Positions 37,054 through 46,479 of a stretch of 64,000 bases of DNA are shown piece after piece. The position numbers and the translations under genes were made by a program. The notes under the pieces were generated by a model. That model was not told the DNA's origin. It saw only the letters and a program-made list of their open reading frames with translations, and searched no databases. Position 1 is the stretch's first letter. Every line of letters starts with the position of its first letter. Location: positions 3,472 to 67,471 of the forward strand of contig CAZVUZ010000001.1 of assembly GCA_964630485.1 (NCBI GenBank). Direction: 5' to 3'. This DNA comes from an uncultured Ignavibacteriales bacterium. Its GTDB lineage: Bacteria; Zixibacteria; MSB-5A5; GN15; FEB-12.

Positions 37054-38046
37054 ATGAGCGAATTCAAAGTCGTTTTGATAATACCGGTTTTGCTGATCCT
37101 GGCCGTGATGGCCGGTTGTGGCGGTGACGATGACCCCAACGGTCCGGTTACGGCCGATGGTCTGGTGGCGGTTAACGGCCTCTATTATAAGGGGACAATG
37201 GGATCGGCCGATCTTGATACGGCTATGGTCTTTGCCGTGAAGGACAAATCCGGTAGCTTCATTAACGATCGCTGGATATTCTTCACCCGCATTGAGGGCG
37301 ATGGCCAGATATCGGCGGACTCGCTCAAATCAGATACTTCCGGAACGGTTGAGCTTGAGTACGATTTCTCGGGAAGTCTCGGTCACGCGGTGATTCGAGC
37401 CACCGACCGCCAAACCGACACGATTGATGTCGTCCTTCGGGCGGATATCCTCACTCCGACGGTGCAGGGACAATATATCCTTCTCGATGACACTTATGGT
37501 GACATTATTACCTTCAACGGCTCCCCGGCATCACTTGATGTGATTCCCGATGTCCCCGAAATCATGGTCGCCAACTACGAGGCGGCCCTCGGCGTGGTTT
37601 TTGTGCTTTACGATGTCAACGAGGACGGCGCGCTTGACAACACCGCACCGGTTTACGGCATCATTGTGGTTGATTCAGTTTATCCCCAGCCGCCCGATGG
37701 CAGTACCAAATCGGCCCGCTATGGGGGCACGACGATTGAGGGCATCGGAATGGGCGCCAACTTCTGGGACGATGTTTACCCGGTATTCGGTACGCCGGTG
37801 GTGGTTGTTAACGATGACGATCCGAATTTGCCTTCATGGATTATGGAATACCCGGCCCTGCACCTGAATTTCTGGTGCCTCAGGGACGATACCACGGTCT
37901 ACCAGATAGACATTCAGGAAGCGTTTGACGATTCGCTGTTCCCGGTTTCCGGTGTGGATGGCGATGAAATCATGAAGGCCGTGCGCGCTCATTATCGAAC
38001 CGGCGATTTGCGTCGCGAGGACGACCGATTGCCGCTTGATCGTTAA
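37054..38046 (+). CDS. Lipoprotein of unknown function
   Basis: Lipobox LAVMAGC followed by GGDDDPNG. The remainder is beta-rich with no recognisable catalytic motif. Confidence 0.55.
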   Translation: MSEFKVVLIIPVLLILAVMAGCGGDDDPNGPVTADGLVAVNGLYYKGTMGSADLDTAMVFAVKDKSGSFINDRWIFFTRIEGDGQISADSLKSDTSGTVELEYDFSGSLGHAVIRATDRQTDTIDVVLRADILTPTVQGQYILLDDTYGDIITFNGSPASLDVIPDVPEIMVANYEAALGVVFVLYDVNEDGALDNTAPVYGIIVVDSVYPQPPDGSTKSARYGGTTIEGIGMGANFWDDVYPVFGTPVVVVNDDDPNLPSWIMEYPALHLNFWCLRDDTTVYQIDIQEAFDDSLFPVSGVDGDEIMKAVRAHYRTGDLRREDDRLPLDR

Positions 38047-38079
38047 CTACGGCCTAACGAAGTCCCCGTATTTACAATC

Positions 38080-38108
38080 TTGACACTACCCGGACTGAGT
38101 CCTATATT
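38080..38108 (+). promoter_or_regulatory. Candidate sigma70-type promoter for the cyclophilin gene
   Basis: TTGACA-N17-TATATT, 49 nt upstream of the ATG at 38157. Confidence 0.45.
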
Positions 38109-38156
38109 CGGCACCATGTTCAGATAATGCAGTGTGGATGGGAAAGGAACCTGTAA

Positions 38157-38870
38157 ATGAGAATTTTGACGGTGTTTTTGACTGTTATGCTGGTCCTGGC
38201 CTTTGGGTTGCCGGGATGTTCGAACGATGATGCCTCGGAGAAGACCTCCGATCAGCAGACAGCACAGCAGAAACAGGCGGCTCAGCCGGAGGTGGGCTCG
38301 GAAGAATATTATGAGGCCCTGGCTGCCAAAACCAAGTCCGTTCGTGACGAGAACAACAAGATTGTCACTTTGGACGTCGACTACGGCACAGACAGCACCT
38401 TGGGCAAGCTCGTGCTTGAGCTTTGGCGTGATGTCGCCCCGGCCCATGCTGATTCATTCCTGGCTCGCGTTCAGGACGGCTTCTACGAGGGCACCATTTT
38501 CCACCGCGTGATCGACAATTTCATGATCCAGGGTGGAGATCCCAAAGGCAATGGCTCTGGCGGGGCAGACTATAATCTCGCGGCTGAGTTCAGTGAATGG
38601 CCACATGAGGAAGGTACCCTTTCGATGGCTCGGGCTCGCTCGCCCAACTCAGCCTCGAGCCAGTTCTTTGTAATGCTGGCCCGACGTCCCGGACTGGACA
38701 ACCAATACACCGTCTTCGGGCAACTGCTCAAGGGTTATGATGTCCTCCACCGAATCGGCAAGGTCGAATGCGTGGCCAATCCGATGAACCCGAATGAGAT
38801 TTCCAAGCCCGTTGAAGATATCTATTTGAGAAAGGCCTATCTCTCGGATGCCGAGGGTAACCCCCTTTAG
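38157..38870 (+). CDS. Cyclophilin-type peptidyl-prolyl cis-trans isomerase, lipoprotein
   Basis: Lipobox GLPGC; FHRVIDNFMIQGGDP and SMARA..PNSASSQFF cyclophilin motifs. Confidence 0.9.
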   Translation: MRILTVFLTVMLVLAFGLPGCSNDDASEKTSDQQTAQQKQAAQPEVGSEEYYEALAAKTKSVRDENNKIVTLDVDYGTDSTLGKLVLELWRDVAPAHADSFLARVQDGFYEGTIFHRVIDNFMIQGGDPKGNGSGGADYNLAAEFSEWPHEEGTLSMARARSPNSASSQFFVMLARRPGLDNQYTVFGQLLKGYDVLHRIGKVECVANPMNPNEISKPVEDIYLRKAYLSDAEGNPL

Positions 38871-38986
38871 GGGCAGAGTGATAGTCTGTAGCTGAGTTTG
38901 AGGGCGGGATACATGTTGTCCCGCCCTTGCGTTTGCCCTGCGGTTTTGCATGGAACCGGCGCCGGACTCTCACGTTAAATGACAGT

Positions 38987-40153
38987 ATGACGACAAAAAA
39001 CATTAGCCTGCTGGGATCGACCGGAATGATCGGGCGCCTTACGCTCGATGTCATCCGCAGTCACCCGGGCCGCTTCAATGTGCGCGCCCTGGCCGCCTAC
39101 TCTAATGTGGATTTGCTGGCTGAGCAGGCACGGGCCTTCAAGCCAGAATATGTTTGTATCGTCGATGAATCAAAGCACTCGCAATTAACCGAGGCCATGG
39201 CCGGCACCGATATTCGGGTTCTTGCCGGCGATAAAGATATGGTCGATCTGGCCGCCTTGGGGCAGGTAGACACGGTGGTCAATGCCGTTGTCGGCGCGGC
39301 CGGCCTCAAGGCTTCACTGGCGGCCGTTCGTAATGGCAAGGCCCTGGCCCTGGCCAACAAAGAATCACTCGTGGCCGGCGGGCCCCTTTTCCCCGATCTC
39401 GTCAAAAAAAGTAACTCGCTCATTCTGCCGATTGACTCCGAACACTCCGCCATCTGGCAGGCCCTCATGTCCGGCAGAAAAGAAGAGGTTCGCAACCTCA
39501 TCATAACCGCCTCCGGCGGGCCGTTCCGGGCCTGGCCGAAAGAGAAATTCGCGAGCATAACCCCAGAGCAGGCGCTCAATCACCCAACCTGGAAGATGGG
39601 ACCGAAGATCACCATCGATTCGGCCACGCTTTTCAACAAGGGTCTGGAAGTTATCGAGGCGGTGGCCCTGTTTCAAGTACCGCCGGATCAGGTGAAGGTG
39701 GTTATTCATCCGCAGTCGATTGTGCACTCGATGGTGGAATTCATCGATTCTTCCATTCTGGCCCAGCTGAGTAACCCCGACATGAGATTGCCCATTGCCT
39801 ATGCTCTCTTCTGGCCCGAACGGGTTGAATCTGATTTCGGTCGCCTGGAATTGTCGCAGTTGAGCGAATTGACCTTCGAGATGCCTGATCTCGAGAGGTT
39901 CCCGGCCCTCAGGCTCGCCTATGAGGTGGCCCGCGAGGGAGGAACGGCCCCGGCGGTGTTTAATGCCGCCAACGAAGTGGCGGTGGAGTCATTCTTAAAC
40001 AAATCGATAGGCTTTGCCGACATTACCGGGGTAGTGGGGCAGGTGATGGATAAAATTGAAGTTGTTCTCAAACCAAACCTGGGCGATATTTTAGAGGCGG
40101 ACCGGTCTGCCCGGGAGATGGCGACCATAATGATAGGAAAACTCGCATGCTGA
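38987..40153 (+). CDS. dxr: 1-deoxy-D-xylulose 5-phosphate reductoisomerase
   Basis: ISLLGSTGMIG, LANKESLV, PIDSEHSAIWQ and NHPTWKMG motifs. ATG at 38987 is preferred to 38927. Confidence 0.95.
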   Translation: MTTKNISLLGSTGMIGRLTLDVIRSHPGRFNVRALAAYSNVDLLAEQARAFKPEYVCIVDESKHSQLTEAMAGTDIRVLAGDKDMVDLAALGQVDTVVNAVVGAAGLKASLAAVRNGKALALANKESLVAGGPLFPDLVKKSNSLILPIDSEHSAIWQALMSGRKEEVRNLIITASGGPFRAWPKEKFASITPEQALNHPTWKMGPKITIDSATLFNKGLEVIEAVALFQVPPDQVKVVIHPQSIVHSMVEFIDSSILAQLSNPDMRLPIAYALFWPERVESDFGRLELSQLSELTFEMPDLERFPALRLAYEVAREGGTAPAVFNAANEVAVESFLNKSIGFADITGVVGQVMDKIEVVLKPNLGDILEADRSAREMATIMIGKLAC

Positions 40154-41214
40154 CGACGCTGGCATTTATATTTGTACTCGGAGTATTGATTTTCATTCAC
40201 GAACTGGGCCATTTCCTGGTCGCCAAGTGGGTCGGTATCCGAGTCGAGAAATTCTCGCTGGGATTTCCGCCTAATATCGTGTCCCGGAAAAAGGGTGAGA
40301 CCACCTATTGCATAGGTGTCATCCCGCTCGGCGGCTATGTCAAGATGGCCGGGGACAATCCCGAGGAAGAGAACTCCGGCGCTCCCGACGAATTCATGTC
40401 CAAGTCGATTATGCAGCGCGCCGCCGTCGTATTCGCCGGCCCCTTTATGAATTACGTGCTGGCCATTTTGCTGATGATCGCGGTGTTCTATTTCAGCGGC
40501 AGTCCCCAGTTCGATCAGGATCGCCTGGTTGTGGGTGATATTTCCGAAGATTTCCCGGCCGCCGCCGCCGGCCTGCAGATTGACGACGTTATTATTGCCG
40601 TCGATGGTGAACCGGTGACGGCTTTTGATTCGGCACGCGTACGGATCAATGCCCGCGTTGAGGAGCCGGTGTCACTGACATGGGTTCGCAATGCCGACAC
40701 CATGACCGCCGAGATCATCACGCGTTCAACCACCGTTCCCGATCTTGACGGCGGTGTGGATACCATCGGTATTATCGGGTTCAATCAGAAGGTGGTCGGT
40801 TACACCCGGCTTGGGCTCGGGCAGTCGGTATCACGGGGGTTCGTGACGGCTCATGTGGTTGTGATCGAAACGGTCAAGCTGGTCAAGAAATTCGTCACCG
40901 GGGAAGTGTCGCCGAAGATGATCGGCGGGCCGCTTTTTATCGCTCAGCAGTCCGGCAAGGAGGCCCGCAAAGGGGCCTCGTCGCTGTTTTTCTTCATGGC
41001 ACTGCTTTCGGTAAACCTGGCCGTGCTCAATGTCCTGCCGATTCCGATGCTTGACGGCGGCCACCTGGTGTTTCTGGCTTTAGAAAAACTCAGGGGCAAG
41101 CCCCTTTCCATAAAGGCCCGGAGTTGGGCGCAACAGGTTGGACTGGTTCTGATATTATCGCTCGTGGTTTTCGTGACCTACAATGATATCCTGAGGTTTT
41201 TCCGTGGTGAGTAG
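40147..41214 (+). CDS. rseP: RIP site-2 zinc metalloprotease (M50)
   Basis: HELGHFLVAK motif, a PDZ region, and NLAVLNVLPIPMLDGGH in the C-terminal TM region. Confidence 0.9.
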   Translation: MLTTLAFIFVLGVLIFIHELGHFLVAKWVGIRVEKFSLGFPPNIVSRKKGETTYCIGVIPLGGYVKMAGDNPEEENSGAPDEFMSKSIMQRAAVVFAGPFMNYVLAILLMIAVFYFSGSPQFDQDRLVVGDISEDFPAAAAGLQIDDVIIAVDGEPVTAFDSARVRINARVEEPVSLTWVRNADTMTAEIITRSTTVPDLDGGVDTIGIIGFNQKVVGYTRLGLGQSVSRGFVTAHVVVIETVKLVKKFVTGEVSPKMIGGPLFIAQQSGKEARKGASSLFFFMALLSVNLAVLNVLPIPMLDGGHLVFLALEKLRGKPLSIKARSWAQQVGLVLILSLVVFVTYNDILRFFRGE

Positions 41215-41357
41215 GGTTATGTGCGGCAGTAAAAGGGATTCATTGCCTCCGGTGCCCAAACTTTCAAATCGAACATCGGAGTCTGTTTTTGCGTAGGGAT
41301 CAACAAAGGTCTGGCGACAACACTTCGTTAGAGAACTGCATACAGGATGTGTTATAA

Positions 41358-42065
41358 ATGGCAAAGCAAGGTGTAGGCGAATCGATCTGGGACAATACCA
41401 AACAGGTGCTTCTGGCGATCGTGATGGCCATCGTAATCAAGACCTCCATCGTGGAGGCGTACAAGATTCCGTCACAGTCGATGGAGGACACGCTTTTGGT
41501 CGGAGATTTTCTTCTGGCCAACAAGTTTCTTTACGGCGCCCATTTGCCCCTGGTCGACTGGCGCCTGCCCGCCATTCGTCAGCCGGAGCCGGGTGATGTC
41601 GTGATTTTCATATTTCCCCGTGACGGCGTGACCAAGTATATCAAACGATGTGTCGCGGTCGGCGGCGATACCGTTGAAATCAAAGACAAGCAGCTGTTCG
41701 TCAACGGCAAGGAATTTACGAATCCCGAGGAGTCGAAATTCATCGAGCCGCGGGTGATTTCGCGAGGACAGGGGGGACGGGACAGCCGCGATAATTTCGG
41801 ACCCTATGTCGTTCCGAAAGACACTTACTTCATGATGGGCGACAATCGCGACAATTCTTATGACTCCCGATTCTGGGGACCTGTAAAGAAGGAGCTTGTC
41901 CTGGGTGAGGCGATGATGATACACTGGTCCTGGAATGACGATATACATCCGTCACCGGAGGTCAAGATAAGCGACCCCCTCTCAGTGCCGCGTCTGTTTA
42001 TTCACGGCGCCGTTCATTTCTTCGACAAGGTCCGCTGGGGCCGGATTTTCAATCTGATCTCCTGA
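41358..42065 (+). CDS. lepB: Signal peptidase I (copy 1)
   Basis: IPSQSMEDTL (catalytic Ser), YIKRCVAVGGD (catalytic Lys box) and GDNRDNSYDSRFWG. Confidence 0.9.
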   Translation: MAKQGVGESIWDNTKQVLLAIVMAIVIKTSIVEAYKIPSQSMEDTLLVGDFLLANKFLYGAHLPLVDWRLPAIRQPEPGDVVIFIFPRDGVTKYIKRCVAVGGDTVEIKDKQLFVNGKEFTNPEESKFIEPRVISRGQGGRDSRDNFGPYVVPKDTYFMMGDNRDNSYDSRFWGPVKKELVLGEAMMIHWSWNDDIHPSPEVKISDPLSVPRLFIHGAVHFFDKVRWGRIFNLIS

Positions 42066-42231
42066 AATACGCTGTGTTATTTGTTACGGGAGAGCAAGTT
42101 AACCGGCGCGCACACGACTTTCGCCGTCCTCTGTGATTGCTTGCCCGGGGACGGTATTTTTTGTATTAATCAGGCTATTCGCTGGCGGGTATAAGTAACG
42201 TTGACCGAATTTTATTGCGAAAGATGACCAG

Positions 42232-42984
42232 ATGCCGACCGAAGACAACAATACCGAATACAACACCTACGAACCCCCGCGCATAACTGTGACGGGAGGG
42301 GCCGGCGGCGCCGTGCGGACTCTCAAAGAGATCATTCTCTATGTGGCTCTTTTTATGGTGTTGAAGACCAGCGTGGTCAGCGCCTATAAAATCCCCTCGG
42401 CCTCAATGGAGGACACGCTGCTGGTCGGGGACTTCCTTCTGTGTAATCAGTTTCTCTACGGTGCGCGTTTGCCCCTGACAGATTGGCGCCTGCCGGCGAT
42501 AAGGGAGCCCCGGGCGGGCGATGTCGTCGTTTTCTATTTCCCTTCTGACGGTGTGACCCGCTATATCAAACGCTGTGTGGCGGTTGGCGGTGACACCGTG
42601 GAAGTTACCGGGAAAAAGCTATTTGTCAATGGTGTTGAGATTCCGGATCCGCCCGGCGGCAAGTATATAGATACTTCGAGCAACGGCCTGCAACGGATCC
42701 AGAGCCGTCGCGATAACTTCGGCCCCTACATCGTTCCGATGGACAGCTATTTCATGATGGGGGACAATCGGGACAATTCCTACGACTCCCGATTCTGGGG
42801 AACGGTGCCCGGCGACCTCGTGGTGGGCAAGGCCATAATGATACACTGGTCATGGAATGATGACGCCTCGCCGTCACCGGAAGTCACCTGGAAAGATCCC
42901 CTGTCCGTGCCGCGGCTGTTTGTCCATGAAACCATCCACTTCTTTGACAAGGTACGTTTTGGTCGAGTGTTCAATGCCCTGTAG
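42232..42984 (+). CDS. lepB: Signal peptidase I (copy 2, tandem paralogue)
   Basis: IPSASMEDTL, YIKRCVAVGGD and GDNRDNSYDSRFWG. Long stretches are identical to copy 1. Confidence 0.9.
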   Translation: MPTEDNNTEYNTYEPPRITVTGGAGGAVRTLKEIILYVALFMVLKTSVVSAYKIPSASMEDTLLVGDFLLCNQFLYGARLPLTDWRLPAIREPRAGDVVVFYFPSDGVTRYIKRCVAVGGDTVEVTGKKLFVNGVEIPDPPGGKYIDTSSNGLQRIQSRRDNFGPYIVPMDSYFMMGDNRDNSYDSRFWGTVPGDLVVGKAIMIHWSWNDDASPSPEVTWKDPLSVPRLFVHETIHFFDKVRFGRVFNAL

Positions 42985-43080
42985 CCCACTCAGACTCAAG
43001 TGATTTAACGGAAAATCCGAGATATGAATTTAAGGAAAGTAATTAATCGTATTGCCGGTGATGTTTGCGGAGGAAAATCG

Positions 43081-43800
43081 ATGACTAAAGGTTCACTAAA
43101 CCTGCTCCTTCTCGCGGGAATGATGCTCATGGGAGCCGCCACCCTGGCCGGTCCTATGATCGATATCCCCGATGCCATGTTCGACTTTGGCCGGACCTCG
43201 CAGTATGGCGTGGTCAGTCACCGGTTTACGATCAAGTCCGTCGGCGATGAACCCCTCAGGATAACAAAGGTCGAGTCGGGTTGCGGTTGTACCAAGGCGC
43301 CGCTGGCGGATTCCATCCTGGCTCCCGGCGACAGCACTATCCTCGAGATATTTTTCTCGACCCGGTCCTACCCCGGGGTGGTATCCAAGCGACCGTACCT
43401 TGAAACGAACATCAACGACGAGAAGGTGTATGTGAAGATTAAGGCCGAGCTGTTTCCGAAGCCGGAAGAGGCCCGGCCGATATACCTCAGTCCGGCCCGG
43501 CTGGACGTCTCACAGTTCAAGCCCGAGCCGCGTCGGAAGGCCCGTTTTTTCATCTGCAATACCGACACCGTAGACTATGAGATAAATCTGATTGACTACG
43601 CCGAGGACGCTTTCTGGCTTGAGATGCCGCCCATGGTGCCGGCGGGGGACTCGGTTATGGTGAAGCTCCTGGTGGACGAGGAGTTTATCAAGGGCGAGTT
43701 CGAACACTCGATCACGTTTGAAATCAACGATGCCAATAAGACCCGCTATTCACTTCCGGTGAAGCGGATGTATCGCGTCCGCGAGCGGGGGGGGCAGTAG
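43081..43800 (+). CDS. DUF1573-like secreted protein with a CGC motif
   Basis: Signal peptide, then FDFGRT..HRFTIKSVGDEPLRITKVESGCGCTKAP, the pattern I associate with DUF1573. ATG at 43081 has a GGAGGA RBS; the ORF is open from 43024. Confidence 0.55.
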   Translation: MTKGSLNLLLLAGMMLMGAATLAGPMIDIPDAMFDFGRTSQYGVVSHRFTIKSVGDEPLRITKVESGCGCTKAPLADSILAPGDSTILEIFFSTRSYPGVVSKRPYLETNINDEKVYVKIKAELFPKPEEARPIYLSPARLDVSQFKPEPRRKARFFICNTDTVDYEINLIDYAEDAFWLEMPPMVPAGDSVMVKLLVDEEFIKGEFEHSITFEINDANKTRYSLPVKRMYRVRERGGQ

Positions 43801-43910
43801 GGAGCTTCTCCCAGCCCTGCAAAGACTGAAACCCCGTCGGGGGCTCGGCGGGATCAATCACCGCTCCTTTTTTGCTTGCCTTATGGCCGGTTGATTCCAC
43901 ATTGTCACTT

Positions 43911-44528
43911 ATGTACAATCTCGTCGCAACCAATCTGAGCAAACGCTTCGGCGCTCGCAAAGTGTTTTCGTCACTCGAGATAGCTTTGCAGACCGGTGAT
44001 TCCCTGGCCGTCGTCGGTCCCAATGGCTCCGGCAAATCGACCCTGATGACCGTTTTGCTGGGACTCCAGCGACCCACTCGCGGCGATATCGTGTACTCAT
44101 GCGACGGCAAGGCCCTGCCCGAGGAAGACATTCGCACCCGCGTCGGGTTCGTGTCGCCTTACCTGAATCTCTACGATCAATTGACGGCCGAGGAAAATAT
44201 CAAGTTCTTCGCCACCGTCTCCAACCTGTCCCTGACCGGCAAGGAAATCGACAGCCAGTTGGCCGAGCTTGGCCTTGAGGGGAGGGGGATGGACCCGGTG
44301 GGGGAATACTCGTCGGGGATGAAGCAGCGGCTGAAATACGCCGTGGCTTTTCTGGGTAAACCCGATTTTCTGTTTCTGGACGAACCTTCGGCCAATCTCG
44401 ATGATTCGGGCCGCCACGCGATTTTTGCCGCGATAGAGCGTTTCCGTGAAGACAGCATAATCGTCATCGCCACCAATGAAAAGGAGGAGTATTCCCTTGC
44501 GTCGAGGCAATGCCGGCTTGGTGGCTAA
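43911..44528 (+). CDS. ccmA: Haem exporter ATP-binding protein
   Basis: Walker A GPNGSGKST, signature YSSGMKQRL and Walker B LFLDEP. First gene of a ccm-type operon. Confidence 0.85.
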   Translation: MYNLVATNLSKRFGARKVFSSLEIALQTGDSLAVVGPNGSGKSTLMTVLLGLQRPTRGDIVYSCDGKALPEEDIRTRVGFVSPYLNLYDQLTAEENIKFFATVSNLSLTGKEIDSQLAELGLEGRGMDPVGEYSSGMKQRLKYAVAFLGKPDFLFLDEPSANLDDSGRHAIFAAIERFREDSIIVIATNEKEEYSLASRQCRLGG

Positions 44529-44532
44529 AACT

Positions 44533-45180
44533 ATGGCGGTTTTCGCCAAGGATCTGCGCCTGGAACTGCGCAGTCGCTATGCGCTCAATGCCATTCTCAT
44601 GTTCGGCATTACGTCGCTGGCGGTTATTTCCTTTTCGCTCGGGCAGGCGGGGCTTTCGCCGAAACTTCACGCCGCTCTCTTCTGGGTGGTAATGTTTTTT
44701 TCGGCCATGGCCGGTCTCGCCCAGGTCTTCGTGCGCGAGGAAGAGGCCGGGACCGCCCTGGCATTAAAGCTCAAGGCTGACCCCGACGCCCTCTATCTTG
44801 GGAAACTACTGTTTAATTTCACGCTGCTGACGGTAATGACGGTGATCATCACGCCGATCTTTTTCGTATTTACCGATGCCCCCGTAGACAATATCATGCT
44901 CTTTATTGCCTTTCTTATTCTCGGGGTAATCGGTCTGTGCGGCGCGACGACACTCGTGGCGGCTATTATCGCCAAGGCCTCGGTAAAAGGGCCTCTATTC
45001 GCCGTTTTGTCGTTCCCTGTCCTCATGCCGTTGCTCCTGGTCGTAGTCGGGGGATCGGAGAAGGCGCTGGGGGGAGCTTCAATCGGCGAGGTGTCCGCCG
45101 AGTTACAGTTCATGCTGGCCTATGCGGTGGTGATGTTAACCGGATCAATCCTCCTTTTTCGCTTCGTCTGGAAGGAATGA
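44533..45180 (+). CDS. ccmB: Haem exporter permease CcmB
   Basis: Six-helix membrane protein directly after ccmA with FAKDLRLELRSRYAL, a CcmB-like N-terminus. Alternative GTG start at 44521. Confidence 0.8.
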   Translation: MAVFAKDLRLELRSRYALNAILMFGITSLAVISFSLGQAGLSPKLHAALFWVVMFFSAMAGLAQVFVREEEAGTALALKLKADPDALYLGKLLFNFTLLTVMTVIITPIFFVFTDAPVDNIMLFIAFLILGVIGLCGATTLVAAIIAKASVKGPLFAVLSFPVLMPLLLVVVGGSEKALGGASIGEVSAELQFMLAYAVVMLTGSILLFRFVWKE

Positions 45181-45269
45181 CCGGCGCGGCGGTGATAGAG
45201 TGAACTCTGTTGCTTTTAGCCTGTTATAGAACTTAATTTGTGAAAATGGGAAATTGCGAGTAGAATAAT

Positions 45270-45926
45270 ATGTGGTGGAAAATAGTATTGTTCCTGGGGA
45301 TGACGGCCGTAATCGTCTTCAGCTTCATCACGCCGGCCCCGCAGGCGGTGATTGGTGAATCGAGCCGTATTTTCTATTTTCACATACCCCAGGCCTGGAT
45401 TGCCGTCCTGGCCTTTGCCATGTCGATGATATACTCGATACGATTTCTCAAAACGCGGCGCACGGAGTTTGACGACCGGGCCCTCGAGGCCGCCCGGCTG
45501 GGCTTGCTGTTCAGTATTCTGGCGACCATCACCGGTTCTATTTTTGCCCGTGTGACCTGGGGATCGTTCTGGAACTGGGACCCGCGCGAGACGTCGATCT
45601 TCATCCTGTTGCTGATATACGGGGCGTATTTCGCATTGCGGACGGCGGTGGAAGAGCCGCAACGGCGGGCCACGCTTTCGGCGGTATACTCGATTTTCGC
45701 GTTTTTGACCGTTCCGTTTCTGGTTTTCGTAATACCTCGCGTGGTGCCCTCGTTACACCCTGCGGATTCGGTCGTTGATCAGGATATGAAATTTACCATG
45801 GGCCCGACTGTGAGGGCGATTTTCTTCTCGTCTCTGGCCCTGTTTACCGTATTGTATTTGTGGTTATTCAGCCTGGCTGAGCGGGTCAATGCCGTGCGTC
45901 GGGCGCGCCTGGAAGCGGAGGACTAA
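45270..45926 (+). CDS. ccmC: Haem exporter / haem-handling protein CcmC
   Basis: WWD-type motif WGSFWNWDPRETS and FYFHIPQAW. Confidence 0.9.
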   Translation: MWWKIVLFLGMTAVIVFSFITPAPQAVIGESSRIFYFHIPQAWIAVLAFAMSMIYSIRFLKTRRTEFDDRALEAARLGLLFSILATITGSIFARVTWGSFWNWDPRETSIFILLLIYGAYFALRTAVEEPQRRATLSAVYSIFAFLTVPFLVFVIPRVVPSLHPADSVVDQDMKFTMGPTVRAIFFSSLALFTVLYLWLFSLAERVNAVRRARLEAED

Positions 45927-46040
45927 ATGGATGGAAACTACGTGGCCCTGGCGGTCACCCTGGCCATATGGATAGGTGTTTTTGTATACCTGATGCGATT
46001 GGATAAGAGAGTCAAAAAGATCGAGAGGCAATCCCGCTGA
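45927..46040 (+). CDS. ccmD: CcmD-like small membrane protein (37 aa, absent from the ORF track)
   Basis: My translation is MDGNYVALAVTLAIWIGVFVYLMRLDKRVKKIERQSR: one TM helix followed by a basic tail. The ATG abuts the ccmC stop, and its TGA overlaps the ccmE ATG (TGATG). Confidence 0.55.
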   Translation: MDGNYVALAVTLAIWIGVFVYLMRLDKRVKKIERQSR

Positions 46041-46474
46041 TGGCCCGATACATAATCGGCGGCATTATAATAGCCGTCTTTCTCGTCTGGGGTGGCTATG
46101 CTTTCCTGAGTACCACTATCCAGTATGTGCCCATCGATCAGGCGCGCGACTCCGGGCGCACGGTGCAGGTGCTGGGCAAGATTGATTTCGCCCGGGTGCA
46201 ATACAGCGCCGAGCAATCGCGTCTTGAATTTGCCATCTACGATGCCGAGGCTGTGGATACCCTCAATGCCGAACGCCTTCCCGTCGTCTACCACGGCATC
46301 GTGCCGGGCAATTTCGACCAGGCAACTTCGGTGGTGCTGAAAGGGCGCGGCGATGGCGAGGTGTTCGAGGCCGATCAGATCCTGGTCAAATGTCCGTCCA
46401 AGTACCAGGGCGAGGGAGACGAGTTTCAGGATATGAAGAAGCATCAAGAGGGCGTTGGCCAGGCGGGGATATAG
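46040..46474 (+). CDS. ccmE: Haem chaperone CcmE, CxxxY variant
   Basis: N-terminal TM anchor and OB-fold-length domain. It has VKCPSKYQ (C118..Y122) where canonical CcmE has K-H-xxx-Y. Confidence 0.88.
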   Translation: MARYIIGGIIIAVFLVWGGYAFLSTTIQYVPIDQARDSGRTVQVLGKIDFARVQYSAEQSRLEFAIYDAEAVDTLNAERLPVVYHGIVPGNFDQATSVVLKGRGDGEVFEADQILVKCPSKYQGEGDEFQDMKKHQEGVGQAGI

Positions 46475-46479
46475 CGGGG

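Noticed and set aside
42124-42161. A hairpin plus T-run between the two lepB copies, as an intrinsic terminator.
   Set aside because: It has only a 6-bp stem (ccgtcc/ggacgg) with a 19-nt loop. It is mentioned in the lepB finding but is too weak to annotate as a feature.
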